Positions 1 to 8,904 of a stretch of 64,000 bases of DNA are shown here, one piece after another. The stretch is from a virus. The stretch covers positions 58,087-122,086 of the IMG/VR virus record IMGVR_UViG_3300005805_000050; one strand, given 5' to 3'. The position numbers and the translations under genes were made by a program. Every line of letters starts with the position of its first letter. Within the stretch, counting starts at the first letter, position 1. The notes under the pieces are model-generated. The model had not been told where the DNA came from and did not search any database. It was given only the letters and a program-made list of their open reading frames with translations.

Positions 1-23
1 CAATCTTAATATATTTATAGGTA

Positions 24-455
24 ATGGTTGCGGAATTTGAAAACATAGAATTGACACAAGAGATGTTAAAAAATAAACTATTCTGTACCTTTACCACAGA
101 AGAAAAGTTAGAAGAGCTTATAGAGAGCATAGGTAAAGAGTACAAGGTTCTCTACAACAAGATATTCGTCCTGTCCTCGCCGGACTCTAAAGAGTTACTG
201 TGCACATACAATATAGATACAGAGAATTCACAGCCCAGGATAATGAAGAATACGATCCTGGTTCATCGAAAGAAGGACACTAATACATTGTACACAATAA
301 ATTCTCTCAACGCCCTGATCATGGAGTTGAACGGAGGAGTGCTTGACACTAAGTACGCCATAAATTGGGAGGATTACAAGAATTCCATTCTGCTGGTACA
401 GGACTCGAAATTTAGAAAGCTCAATACGCAAGTAAAGAAAATTGTGAACTTGTAA
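24..455 (+). CDS. hypothetical phage protein, 143 aa
   Basis: Open frame with ATATTTATA motif at 11-19 just upstream; no recognised catalytic motif. Confidence 0.75.
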   Translation: MVAEFENIELTQEMLKNKLFCTFTTEEKLEELIESIGKEYKVLYNKIFVLSSPDSKELLCTYNIDTENSQPRIMKNTILVHRKKDTNTLYTINSLNALIMELNGGVLDTKYAINWEDYKNSILLVQDSKFRKLNTQVKKIVNL

Positions 456-458
456 GAT

Positions 459-493
459 AAATTTACATGTTCGAACATAAAAGGTTATATTCA
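459..493 (+). promoter_or_regulatory. Bacteroidota sigma-A-like promoter AAATTT-N21-TATATTCA
   Basis: Same spacing as promoters at 7822, 15960, 45369, 56609; resembles the TTTG / TAnnTTTG consensus. Confidence 0.55.
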
Positions 494-516
494 CTTAATT
501 AAAACACGTTACGACT

Positions 517-1299
517 ATGGACATTTCCCAGTTACGGAGCAGACTTGCATCCCTGCAGAATCCGAAAGGTTCTCAAAAAGGCGAGTTAAAGAAAACCCTA
601 TGGTCACCTACCGTAGGTAAACATTCGGTGCGCTTGGTTCCTTCCGCGTACAACAAATCGAATCCATTCAAGGAACTCTATTTCCACTACGAATTCGGCA
701 AAACGATGATCGCTCTCACCAACTTCGGTGAAAAAGATCCCATCGTTGAGTTCGCTCAAGGCTTGCGTAAGTCCTCCAACAAAGAGGATTGGCAATTGGC
801 TAAGAAGCTCGAGCCGAAGATGAGAATTTTCGCTCCTGTAATTGTACGTGGCGAAGAAGAGAAAGGCGTTCTTTTATGGGGATTCGGTAAGCAAATCTAC
901 ATGGATCTGCTGTCGATCGCGGAAGACGAAGACGTAGGCGACTACACCGATCCTCTGCAAGGTCGCGATATTACCATCGAGACTCTTGACAAATCGAGCA
1001 CCGGTCTGACTTACGATAAGTCTACCGTTCGCATTCGCACAAAAGTCACTCCGCTTTCTGAGAGCGGTGACCAGATCAAAAAGTGGTTGACGGAACAACC
1101 CGATCCCACTACGCAGTTCAAACGCTACTCTTACGATGAGATGAAAGCTGCACTGCTCGCTTACTTGAATCCTGAGAACGAGGCCGAGGTGGCAGCAGCC
1201 ACTCCTGCACCGCCCGAGGAATCAAAGCCGCAGAAGTTCAGTCTGAGCACAACGCCCGCTGAAACTAACAAAAAAATAGACGATCTGTTTGACTTCTAA
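517..1299 (+). CDS. ssDNA-binding protein, T4 gp32-like
   Basis: gp32-type core (NPFKELYFHY, DPIVEF, WGFGKQIY, GDYTDPLQGRDI) and acidic tail IDDLFDF; precedes RecA. Confidence 0.85.
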   Translation: MDISQLRSRLASLQNPKGSQKGELKKTLWSPTVGKHSVRLVPSAYNKSNPFKELYFHYEFGKTMIALTNFGEKDPIVEFAQGLRKSSNKEDWQLAKKLEPKMRIFAPVIVRGEEEKGVLLWGFGKQIYMDLLSIAEDEDVGDYTDPLQGRDITIETLDKSSTGLTYDKSTVRIRTKVTPLSESGDQIKKWLTEQPDPTTQFKRYSYDEMKAALLAYLNPENEAEVAAATPAPPEESKPQKFSLSTTPAETNKKIDDLFDF

Positions 1300-1302
1300 T
1301 CA

Positions 1303-1324
1303 AAGCCCCGAAAGGGGCTTTTTT
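1303..1324 (+). terminator. intrinsic terminator
   Basis: AAGCCCC-GAAA-GGGGCTT followed by T tract. Confidence 0.85.
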
Positions 1325-1331
1325 AACACTT

Positions 1332-2417
1332 ATGGCAAAAAAAGCAAGCTTAAATGACGCTGTGTCCGCAGCAGTAAAGGACAAATCGCAATTCAACCTT
1401 GATAACTTCAAGAAGGGTAAGAATCTAAACACAGTATCCGTAAAATTCAAGGATCAACGGTGGATTACCTTATCGAAAGCTTTTCAAGACACATTGCAAA
1501 TCCCTGGAATTCCCATGGGACATATCACGCTCCTACGCGGTCACTCTGATACTGGCAAAACCACTGCTATGTTGGAAGCCGCAATTCAGTGCCAAAAGGC
1601 CGGAGTTCTACCCATTCTGATAATCACAGAGATGAAGTGGTCGTGGGAACACGCAAAGGAAATGGGACTTCAATTTGAAGAAGTGCCTGATACCGATACA
1701 GGCGAGATCATAGACTACAAAGGGTTCTTCCTCTACATCGATAGGGAAAAACTCAATTGCATAGAAGACGTTAGCGCTTTCATCATGGATATTCTTGACG
1801 AACAGAAGCGCGGTAATCTTCCTTACGATCTGTGTTTCTTCTGGGATTCGGTTGGATCCATACCATGTAGATTGTCCATAGAATCGAATAAGAACAACAA
1901 CGAGTGGAACGCAGGCGCAATGTCGCAGCAGTTCGGTAACTTCGTAAACCAGAAGATTGTGATGTCAAGGAAAGAAAGCTCTCCTTACACTAATACGTTT
2001 GTGGCTGTGAACAAAGTTTGGGTAGCAAAACCCGAAACTATCATGAGTCAGCCTAAGATGAAGAACAAAGGTGGAGACACAATGTTCTTTGACTCCTCGC
2101 TAGTCATCACGTTCGGAAATGTTACAAACTCAGGCACAAGCAAACTCAAGGCCACAAAGGGTGGAAAAGAGATTGAGTTCGCTAAGCGGACTAAAGTAAG
2201 TTGCGATAAGAATCACGTGACTGGAGTTACTGGAGTTGGAAGAATAATCGTCACCGTACACGGCTTCATTCCAGAGGAAAAGAAAGCATTGGAAGATTAC
2301 AAGAAGGCATACTCACACCAGTGGTTAAAAGTGTTAGGATCTAAAGACTTTGAAGTTATCGAAGAAGAGGATACTTCACAAGCAGCAGACATATTTGACA
2401 ATTCAGAAAACGACTAA
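1332..2417 (+). CDS. recA: RecA/UvsX-like recombinase
   Basis: Walker A GHSDTGKTT, Walker B FFWDSVG, N/Q-V and GGDTMFF loop motifs. Confidence 0.85.
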   Translation: MAKKASLNDAVSAAVKDKSQFNLDNFKKGKNLNTVSVKFKDQRWITLSKAFQDTLQIPGIPMGHITLLRGHSDTGKTTAMLEAAIQCQKAGVLPILIITEMKWSWEHAKEMGLQFEEVPDTDTGEIIDYKGFFLYIDREKLNCIEDVSAFIMDILDEQKRGNLPYDLCFFWDSVGSIPCRLSIESNKNNNEWNAGAMSQQFGNFVNQKIVMSRKESSPYTNTFVAVNKVWVAKPETIMSQPKMKNKGGDTMFFDSSLVITFGNVTNSGTSKLKATKGGKEIEFAKRTKVSCDKNHVTGVTGVGRIIVTVHGFIPEEKKALEDYKKAYSHQWLKVLGSKDFEVIEEEDTSQAADIFDNSEND

Positions 2418-3442
2418 TGACTCCCGAACAGAAGAAGATATTCGACTCCCTGTCGTCTAAAGAAGTTCCTGAAGAAAAGTTGTCTTTACACAGCCGGGTT
2501 CTCATAGTGGATTCTTTGAATACATTCATGAGGGCCTTCGCTGTGATAAGGCACGTGAATCACAATCTAACTCCCATCGGGGGTTTGACAGGATTTCTTA
2601 GATCTATGGCTTACGCTATAAATCTAGTAAGACCCACAAGAGTGATAGCAGTGTTTGACGGTCAAGGATCGTCGACGAATAAGAGGTACATATACCCAGA
2701 GTACAAAGCAAATAGACATCTCCGCCGCATAACAAACTGGGACCATTTCGAAAGTCAAGAGGCCGAATCAGAGGCGATAATCAATCAAGTGGTAAGACTC
2801 GTAGAGTATCTAAAGTGTTTACCTGTGGACATGATTACTATAGATAAGATCGAAGCAGATGATGTTATAGGATACATGGCTCAGAGAGTTGGACAAGATA
2901 CAACGATTATGTCAAGTGATAGGGATTACCTACAGCTAGTAAGCGACAGAGTCACTGTGTTTTCTCCTACGAAAAAGAAATTTTACACACCTAAGATGGT
3001 GCTGGAAGAATATGGAGTCACGCCAGAAAATTTCCTAATACAGAAGATGCTGCTAGGAGATTCAGGCGACAACGTACCAGGAGTTCAGGGACTTGGACCA
3101 AAAACACTAATAAAAGAATTCCCAGAATTGGGAGGTAAAGATCGAGTTTCGTTAAACGAGATCCTTACAAAGTGTAAAGAGGGAAAGAAAAAGGTGCACG
3201 GATCCATTAGAAACTTTGAACGTCAACTCGAAGTAAACAAGCTTCTAATGGACCTAGAAAATCCTAACATACCCGAAGAAGGAATAAAAGAGATAGAATC
3301 TTGCATACTCGAACCGTATAAGCAGTTTAATTCGCTGGAATTTGTCAGATTGTATAACGAAGATGATTTAGGAAACAGCATTCCAAACGTACAGAACTGG
3401 CTCTTCAATCATTTTCACACACTATCAAAATATAAAGAATGA
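2417..3442 (+). CDS. 5'-3' exonuclease / flap endonuclease (PolA N-terminal or T4 RNase H type)
   Basis: LIVDSLN, VFDG, YPEYKANR, EADDVIG, SSDRDYLQL, GDSGDNVPGVQGLGPKT. Confidence 0.92.
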   Translation: MTPEQKKIFDSLSSKEVPEEKLSLHSRVLIVDSLNTFMRAFAVIRHVNHNLTPIGGLTGFLRSMAYAINLVRPTRVIAVFDGQGSSTNKRYIYPEYKANRHLRRITNWDHFESQEAESEAIINQVVRLVEYLKCLPVDMITIDKIEADDVIGYMAQRVGQDTTIMSSDRDYLQLVSDRVTVFSPTKKKFYTPKMVLEEYGVTPENFLIQKMLLGDSGDNVPGVQGLGPKTLIKEFPELGGKDRVSLNEILTKCKEGKKKVHGSIRNFERQLEVNKLLMDLENPNIPEEGIKEIESCILEPYKQFNSLEFVRLYNEDDLGNSIPNVQNWLFNHFHTLSKYKE

Positions 3443-4815
3443 GTACACTAAACACGTTACAACAGTACGGGGTTTCGTTTCAACTAAAGGTTTTGTCGTC
3501 GCTGCTCAAGCACAAAGAGTTTCTACACAACATCTACGATATCCTGAATCCAGACGAATTTGATAATCCGTCTCACAAGTGGATTGTCAAAGAAACTTTG
3601 AAATACTATTCAAAGTACCACACCAATCCCACTCCAGAGTATCTCTCTGTTGAGGTCAAGAAGATCGATAACGATGTTCTTAAGGTCAGCGTAGCTGAAC
3701 AATTGAAGGAAGCTCTTAAAGCCATCAACGAAGATCGAGAGTACGTTGAAACAGAGTTTGCAAACTTCTGTAGAAATCAACAACTCAAAAAAGCTTTGAT
3801 GTCCTCTGTAGAGCTACTCACAAAGGGTCAATACGACGACATCAGATCCATCATCGACACAGCTCTAAAAGCTGGTCAAAGTAGAGACATCGGTCACGAA
3901 TACGAGAAAGACGTAGAGACTCGATACAGAGCCGAAGAGAGGAAGGCAGTTCCAACTGTGTGGCCCCACATCAACGAACTTCTCATGGGAGGTTTGGGCG
4001 CAGGAGACCTTGGAATGGTCTTAGGTTCCCCAGGCGGTGGCAAATCATGGTTCCTCATAAACCTAGGTGCCGCAGCGGTAAAAGCTGGATACAACGTGTG
4101 TCACTATACGCTAGAGCTTTCGCAAGACTATGTTGGTAAGAGATACGATTCCACTCTCACGGGCATAGAATTTCAAAGGATTCACTTGCACAGGGACGAG
4201 ATTGAGAAAGCCATAAATGCGCTACCTGGAAAACTCATAATCAAAGAATACCCCATGGGTAAGACAACACCGTCTACCATTGAGACTCACATACAGAAGT
4301 GCGAGACCATGGGCTTCAAACCTGATTTGGTGATCATAGACTACGTAGACCTGTTGAGATCCAAGATGCGCTCCACAGAACGAAAGGATGAGATCGATGA
4401 TGTATACACCTCCATAAAAGGACTCGCCAGACAGATCAAAACACCTATATGGACCGTATCTCAGGTGAACAGAATGGGATCCAAAGATGACATCATTGAA
4501 GCTGACAAAATTGCAGGATCTTATGACAAGATCATGATCGCAGACTTCGCCATGTCGCTCTCCAGAAAAAGGTCTGACAAATTAAATGGTACTGCGAGAA
4601 TACATGTCATAAAGAACAGGTTTGGTGCAGATGGCATGACATTTGGAGCTATGATAAATACATCAAATGGTCACATAGATATCAGCAATTCACAGATAGA
4701 CGACTCCGAATTGCAGGTTGAGGACAATCCAGTAAGAGCTATGCAGAATAGAATACAGCTGGGTGGAGAAGAAAAGAAGTACTTAGCGAATAAATTCTTT
4801 GAATTAGGATTGTAA
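3439..4815 (+). CDS. dnaB: replicative DNA helicase, DnaB/gp41 family
   Basis: GSPGGGKS, YTLEL, IIDYVDLL, SQVNR, KNRFG; no intein seen. Confidence 0.93.
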   Translation: MSTLNTLQQYGVSFQLKVLSSLLKHKEFLHNIYDILNPDEFDNPSHKWIVKETLKYYSKYHTNPTPEYLSVEVKKIDNDVLKVSVAEQLKEALKAINEDREYVETEFANFCRNQQLKKALMSSVELLTKGQYDDIRSIIDTALKAGQSRDIGHEYEKDVETRYRAEERKAVPTVWPHINELLMGGLGAGDLGMVLGSPGGGKSWFLINLGAAAVKAGYNVCHYTLELSQDYVGKRYDSTLTGIEFQRIHLHRDEIEKAINALPGKLIIKEYPMGKTTPSTIETHIQKCETMGFKPDLVIIDYVDLLRSKMRSTERKDEIDDVYTSIKGLARQIKTPIWTVSQVNRMGSKDDIIEADKIAGSYDKIMIADFAMSLSRKRSDKLNGTARIHVIKNRFGADGMTFGAMINTSNGHIDISNSQIDDSELQVEDNPVRAMQNRIQLGGEEKKYLANKFFELGL

Positions 4816-4858
4816 AGAACCAAAAGTTAGATATTTATAACTACAAAAACGATTGATT

Positions 4859-5080
4859 ATGCCAAGCATCTTTCAAAAATACGAAGCAGCACCAAAAGGT
4901 GACAACTTTAGAAGACCCGACAACTACGATGATTCGTATATCGATAGGTCTTTTGTAGAAGCTGCCGCCGCAGCCAGTTCAAACAAGGTGGTAAACCTTC
5001 AAGCGTTCTTTCAATCTACGAATAAGCAAACTTACGTAGAAAGTAAGAACACGAATCCTGGTAGCGTACCTCAGGGCTAA
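4859..5080 (+). CDS. small hypothetical protein
   Basis: Own ATATTTATA motif at 4831-4839; ATG 4859 preferred over 4853. Confidence 0.6.
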   Translation: MPSIFQKYEAAPKGDNFRRPDNYDDSYIDRSFVEAAAAASSNKVVNLQAFFQSTNKQTYVESKNTNPGSVPQG

Positions 5081-5195
5081 TCAAACCAATCTAATCGTTA
5101 TCTAATTTTTTAGACGCTAAGTCTAAGGGTCAAGAAAACTGTCAAAAAAACTAAAAACGTAAGAAATTACGAAGAAAATTATAGGCTATATACAT

Positions 5196-6173
5196 ATGAG
5201 TAAGTTATTCACAAAAAGGGTTAACATTCTTCCTTACGATTACCCATCGTTACTTAAATACAAAGACGCCATAAGGCACTCATATTGGATAGACACCGAG
5301 TACAATTTCACCACGGACATCAATGACTTCCACGTAAACATCACAGAAAACGAGAGGGATGTCATTAAAAAGACCATGCTTGCCATCGCCCAGATCGAGG
5401 TCAACGTCAAGACCTTTTGGGCTGACATGTACAAGCGCATGCCCATAACGGAGATCGGAGACGTTGGCATGACCTTCGCAGAGTCCGAAGTTCGCCACAA
5501 GGACGCTTACGCCAGATTGATACGCATTCTGGGTTTGGAAGACGAGTTCAAAAACGTAGTAGAAATACCGGCAATAAAAGACCGTATCAAATATCTCAGC
5601 AAGTACCTAGATGGTACTCGCAGTACAGATAATAAAATGTATACCAAATCGGTACTGCTCTTCTCTTTATTCATCGAGCACGTGTCGCTGTTCTCACAGT
5701 TCCTCATCATGATGTCGTTCAACAAGGACCGCAACGTTTTCAAGGGCATATCGAACGTTGTCGAAGCCACGTCAAAGGAGGAAGACATCCACGGAAACTT
5801 CGGAGCGGAGATCATCAACATCATCAAGCAGGAAAACCCCGAGTGGTTCGATTCAGAATTTGAAGCGCTGATCGATTCTGCGTGCAACAAAGCGTACAAA
5901 GCAGAGTGCAAGATACTGGACTGGATATTTGAGGGAGGAGAATTAGACTTCCTACCCAAGAAGACCATACAGCATTTTATCATGAACCGCTTTAATAACT
6001 CACTTCAGAAAATAGGCATGGAGCCCATATTCGAGGTAGATTCTGACGAGATCAAGAAAACCAAGTGGTTCGAGATAGAAACTACATCCACCAAAGAGGG
6101 AGATTTCTTCTATAAGAAACAAATTGATTATAGTAAGAAACAGAAGGCAATAACAGAAGACGACTTATTTTAA
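5196..6173 (+). CDS. nrdB: ribonucleotide reductase beta subunit, class Id-like
   Basis: Ferritin-like ligands E68, E98/H101, radical-site Y105, EHVSLF, EEDIHG; QIEVNVKTFW motif. Confidence 0.92.
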   Translation: MSKLFTKRVNILPYDYPSLLKYKDAIRHSYWIDTEYNFTTDINDFHVNITENERDVIKKTMLAIAQIEVNVKTFWADMYKRMPITEIGDVGMTFAESEVRHKDAYARLIRILGLEDEFKNVVEIPAIKDRIKYLSKYLDGTRSTDNKMYTKSVLLFSLFIEHVSLFSQFLIMMSFNKDRNVFKGISNVVEATSKEEDIHGNFGAEIINIIKQENPEWFDSEFEALIDSACNKAYKAECKILDWIFEGGELDFLPKKTIQHFIMNRFNNSLQKIGMEPIFEVDSDEIKKTKWFEIETTSTKEGDFFYKKQIDYSKKQKAITEDDLF

Positions 6174-6177
6174 GGTT

Positions 6178-7809
6178 ATGAAATACAAAGATTACTATTG
6201 GCTAAATAAAGAGGCTAGAAAATTCTTGTCTCGAGGATACATCACAGAAGAGGCTGAAGATCGCATAAAAGAAATTGCTATCACAGCAGAACGATACCTA
6301 GAAATTCCAGGGTTCGCAGAGAAGTTTGAACGCTATATGGCCAAAGGCTACTACAGCTTGGCAACTCCAGTGTGGATCAACTTTGGTAAAGAAAAGGGTT
6401 TGCCTATTTCTTGTTACGGATCCTACATCGAAGATTCGTTAGACAGTATGTTGTCCACAGCAAGAGAGATCGGCATGATGTCCAAATACGGTGGAGGAAC
6501 TTCTGCGTATTTAGGAGATATTAGACCCCGCGGCACAGACATAGCCACAGGAGGAAAAGCAGATGGACCCGTGCACTATGCACGATTATACGATACAGTA
6601 GTTGATGTGTGTAAACAGAGCGAAGCTCGCCGCGGCGCTTGCGCTGTATATCTACCGATAGAGCACAGCGACATCAATGAATTTTTGGACATTGGCACTG
6701 AAGGTAATCCCATACAAAACTTACAGTATGGAGTTACAGTCGGTGATCAATGGCTTTCTGAAATGAAAGCTGGTGACCCTGTTAAAAGAAAGGTGTGGGC
6801 GAAGGTGATACAACGCCGTTCGGAGTTTGGATACCCGTACATCATGTTCAGAGACAACTCGAACAACAACACGCCTTACAAAGAGTTGGGAAGGAAGATT
6901 ACTGCATCTAACTTGTGTAGCGAGATACAACTTCCAACCTCTGATAAGGAATCATTTGTCTGTTGCATCGGATCGATCAATCTCCTGCACTGGGACGAGA
7001 TAGAAAATACCGATGCTATTGAGGTTTACACGCAATTCCTCAACGCAGTGATGGATGAATTCTTAATCAAAGCAAAATCCAAACCAGGAATGAACAAGGC
7101 TTGGAACTTCGCTGTTAACCACAGAGCGATAGGCGTTGGAGTTCTTGGCTACCACTCGTTGTTGCAGTCTAAACTCATACCGTTCGAATCCCTTCAAGCG
7201 AAAGGATACAACGATAGGATATTTAGAACGCTGAAGGAGAGGACAGATGCAGCGTCTAAAAACTTGTACAAATCAGATCCTGACAGATACGAATGTATCA
7301 GACCTGGATTTGCTAACACCACGCTAATAGCAATCGCACCCACTAAATCGTCTTCGTTCATACTCGGTCAAGTTTCTATGGGTATCGAACCCATCAAGTC
7401 AAACTATTTCATCAAGGACCTTTCCAAGATCAAGACCATTTACAAGAATCCTTACCTTATTGAAGAACTCAAGAAGTACGATCTCGACAAAGAGGGAATA
7501 TGGGACAGCATCATGAAGAAGGACGGTTCCGTACAACACCTAGATTTCCCCACCAAGGAAGTGTTCAAGACGTTCCTTGAGATATCACCTAAAGAAATAA
7601 TCATACAGACTGCTCAAAGGCAAAAATACATCGATCAATCGCAAAGCGTGAACTTGATGATTCACCCCACCATTCCAGCAAAAGACATAAATTCCTTGTA
7701 CCTATATGCTCACGAAGAAGGTGTGAAAACTCTTTACTACCAATACTCTCAAAATTCGGCGCAAGCGTTCGCTAGGAATATTCTCGAGTGTGTCAACTGT
7801 GAGGCCTAA
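6178..7809 (+). CDS. nrdA: ribonucleotide reductase alpha subunit, short, no ATP cone
   Basis: LPISC, SNLCSEI, APTKSSS, KTLYY, C-terminal CVNCEA. Confidence 0.93.
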   Translation: MKYKDYYWLNKEARKFLSRGYITEEAEDRIKEIAITAERYLEIPGFAEKFERYMAKGYYSLATPVWINFGKEKGLPISCYGSYIEDSLDSMLSTAREIGMMSKYGGGTSAYLGDIRPRGTDIATGGKADGPVHYARLYDTVVDVCKQSEARRGACAVYLPIEHSDINEFLDIGTEGNPIQNLQYGVTVGDQWLSEMKAGDPVKRKVWAKVIQRRSEFGYPYIMFRDNSNNNTPYKELGRKITASNLCSEIQLPTSDKESFVCCIGSINLLHWDEIENTDAIEVYTQFLNAVMDEFLIKAKSKPGMNKAWNFAVNHRAIGVGVLGYHSLLQSKLIPFESLQAKGYNDRIFRTLKERTDAASKNLYKSDPDRYECIRPGFANTTLIAIAPTKSSSFILGQVSMGIEPIKSNYFIKDLSKIKTIYKNPYLIEELKKYDLDKEGIWDSIMKKDGSVQHLDFPTKEVFKTFLEISPKEIIIQTAQRQKYIDQSQSVNLMIHPTIPAKDINSLYLYAHEEGVKTLYYQYSQNSAQAFARNILECVNCEA

Positions 7810-7821
7810 CACCAAAAACCA

Positions 7822-7856
7822 AGATTTTACCATATAAACCTAATGTTGTATATTTA
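7822..7856 (+). promoter_or_regulatory. sigma-A-like promoter AGATTT-N21-TATATTTA
   Basis: Intergenic, 13 nt upstream of the ATG at 7870. Confidence 0.6.
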
Positions 7857-7869
7857 AGAAACACAAGTT

Positions 7870-8892
7870 ATGAAATTAGAAAAGTACGAGAAACTAAAAC
7901 AGCGGTTAGAGGTACTCAAACTCGAAAAGAATTTCTTTCCACTCAATACGACCCTGTACTGGTTTTCGTTTTTGGGTAACATCTTTTTGATTTACTTCGG
8001 TTACTTCTTCATAAGAACAATCACCGATACCCTTCCCGAATTATTTCCCTACCAAGACCAATTTTTTATGGTCTTCATCGCTCTATTCCTTACTGGATAC
8101 GAGTTGACTAAGCGATTTGTTATAGACCAAACTGCCAACTCTTTAGTGGGTCCCAAAAGATCTATCACTTTCGGAGTCGTATTCGGCATAATAGTGTCAT
8201 TACTCATGATATTGGGATCTTTCTATATGTCCATAAAGGGCGCGCATAGATTGGTGGACAATAAGGACGTGATCACACAACAGATAGATTCCACAAGTAA
8301 TAAGAAGATAGAAGAGATCACACAGTATTACGATAAAGAAATATCTTATTATAGATCCCAACCCGCCAGAACAAGAGCTGATAGAGAATACAGGGATTCC
8401 ATAGTTGCAAACTTACAAATACAAAAGGATCAGAAGATAGAGGCTGAAGAAACTAAAACGGTGACAAGGGCTGAAACGTCATTGGAAGAGAACGCAGAGA
8501 ACGATTTCGCTTTCATGGTCATTACGTTCTTCTTAGAGATCATAGTGATACTTGGCGTTGCATTCAATGCGTACTACACAGTGTCCACCTTCGAAGAGAC
8601 GGGCAAATTGCTACAAACGCCTAAGTACAAACAGTACATGAACAACCTACAACTGTTGAAGTTGTATTACGCCAACGGTAAGAAAGAATCGAGTGAGATA
8701 GCCATATCATACAGCAAGCTCATGTCCCTAGCAAAAAATTCAAAGCTAGGCATAACTAACTCAGAAATTAAAGACTTCGTGTCCATGTGTATCGAACTTG
8801 GGGTGACTAAAGAAACCCAAAACAAGAGAAAGCAACTAGTCATGTCTTACGACGACGCGAAAAAAGCTTTTCAAAAGGACGACATATTTTAG
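7870..8892 (+). CDS. membrane protein with about 4 TM segments and a coiled-coil loop
   Basis: Three N-terminal hydrophobic segments, a charged helical middle, one more TM segment. Confidence 0.7.
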   Translation: MKLEKYEKLKQRLEVLKLEKNFFPLNTTLYWFSFLGNIFLIYFGYFFIRTITDTLPELFPYQDQFFMVFIALFLTGYELTKRFVIDQTANSLVGPKRSITFGVVFGIIVSLLMILGSFYMSIKGAHRLVDNKDVITQQIDSTSNKKIEEITQYYDKEISYYRSQPARTRADREYRDSIVANLQIQKDQKIEAEETKTVTRAETSLEENAENDFAFMVITFFLEIIVILGVAFNAYYTVSTFEETGKLLQTPKYKQYMNNLQLLKLYYANGKKESSEIAISYSKLMSLAKNSKLGITNSEIKDFVSMCIELGVTKETQNKRKQLVMSYDDAKKAFQKDDIF

Positions 8893-8904
8893 TAGATTAA
8901 GGTT

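Noticed and set aside
5109-5126. Hairpin TTAGAC-GCTAA-GTCTAA upstream of nrdB
   Set aside because: Weak AT-rich 6-bp stem with no T tract; could be chance.
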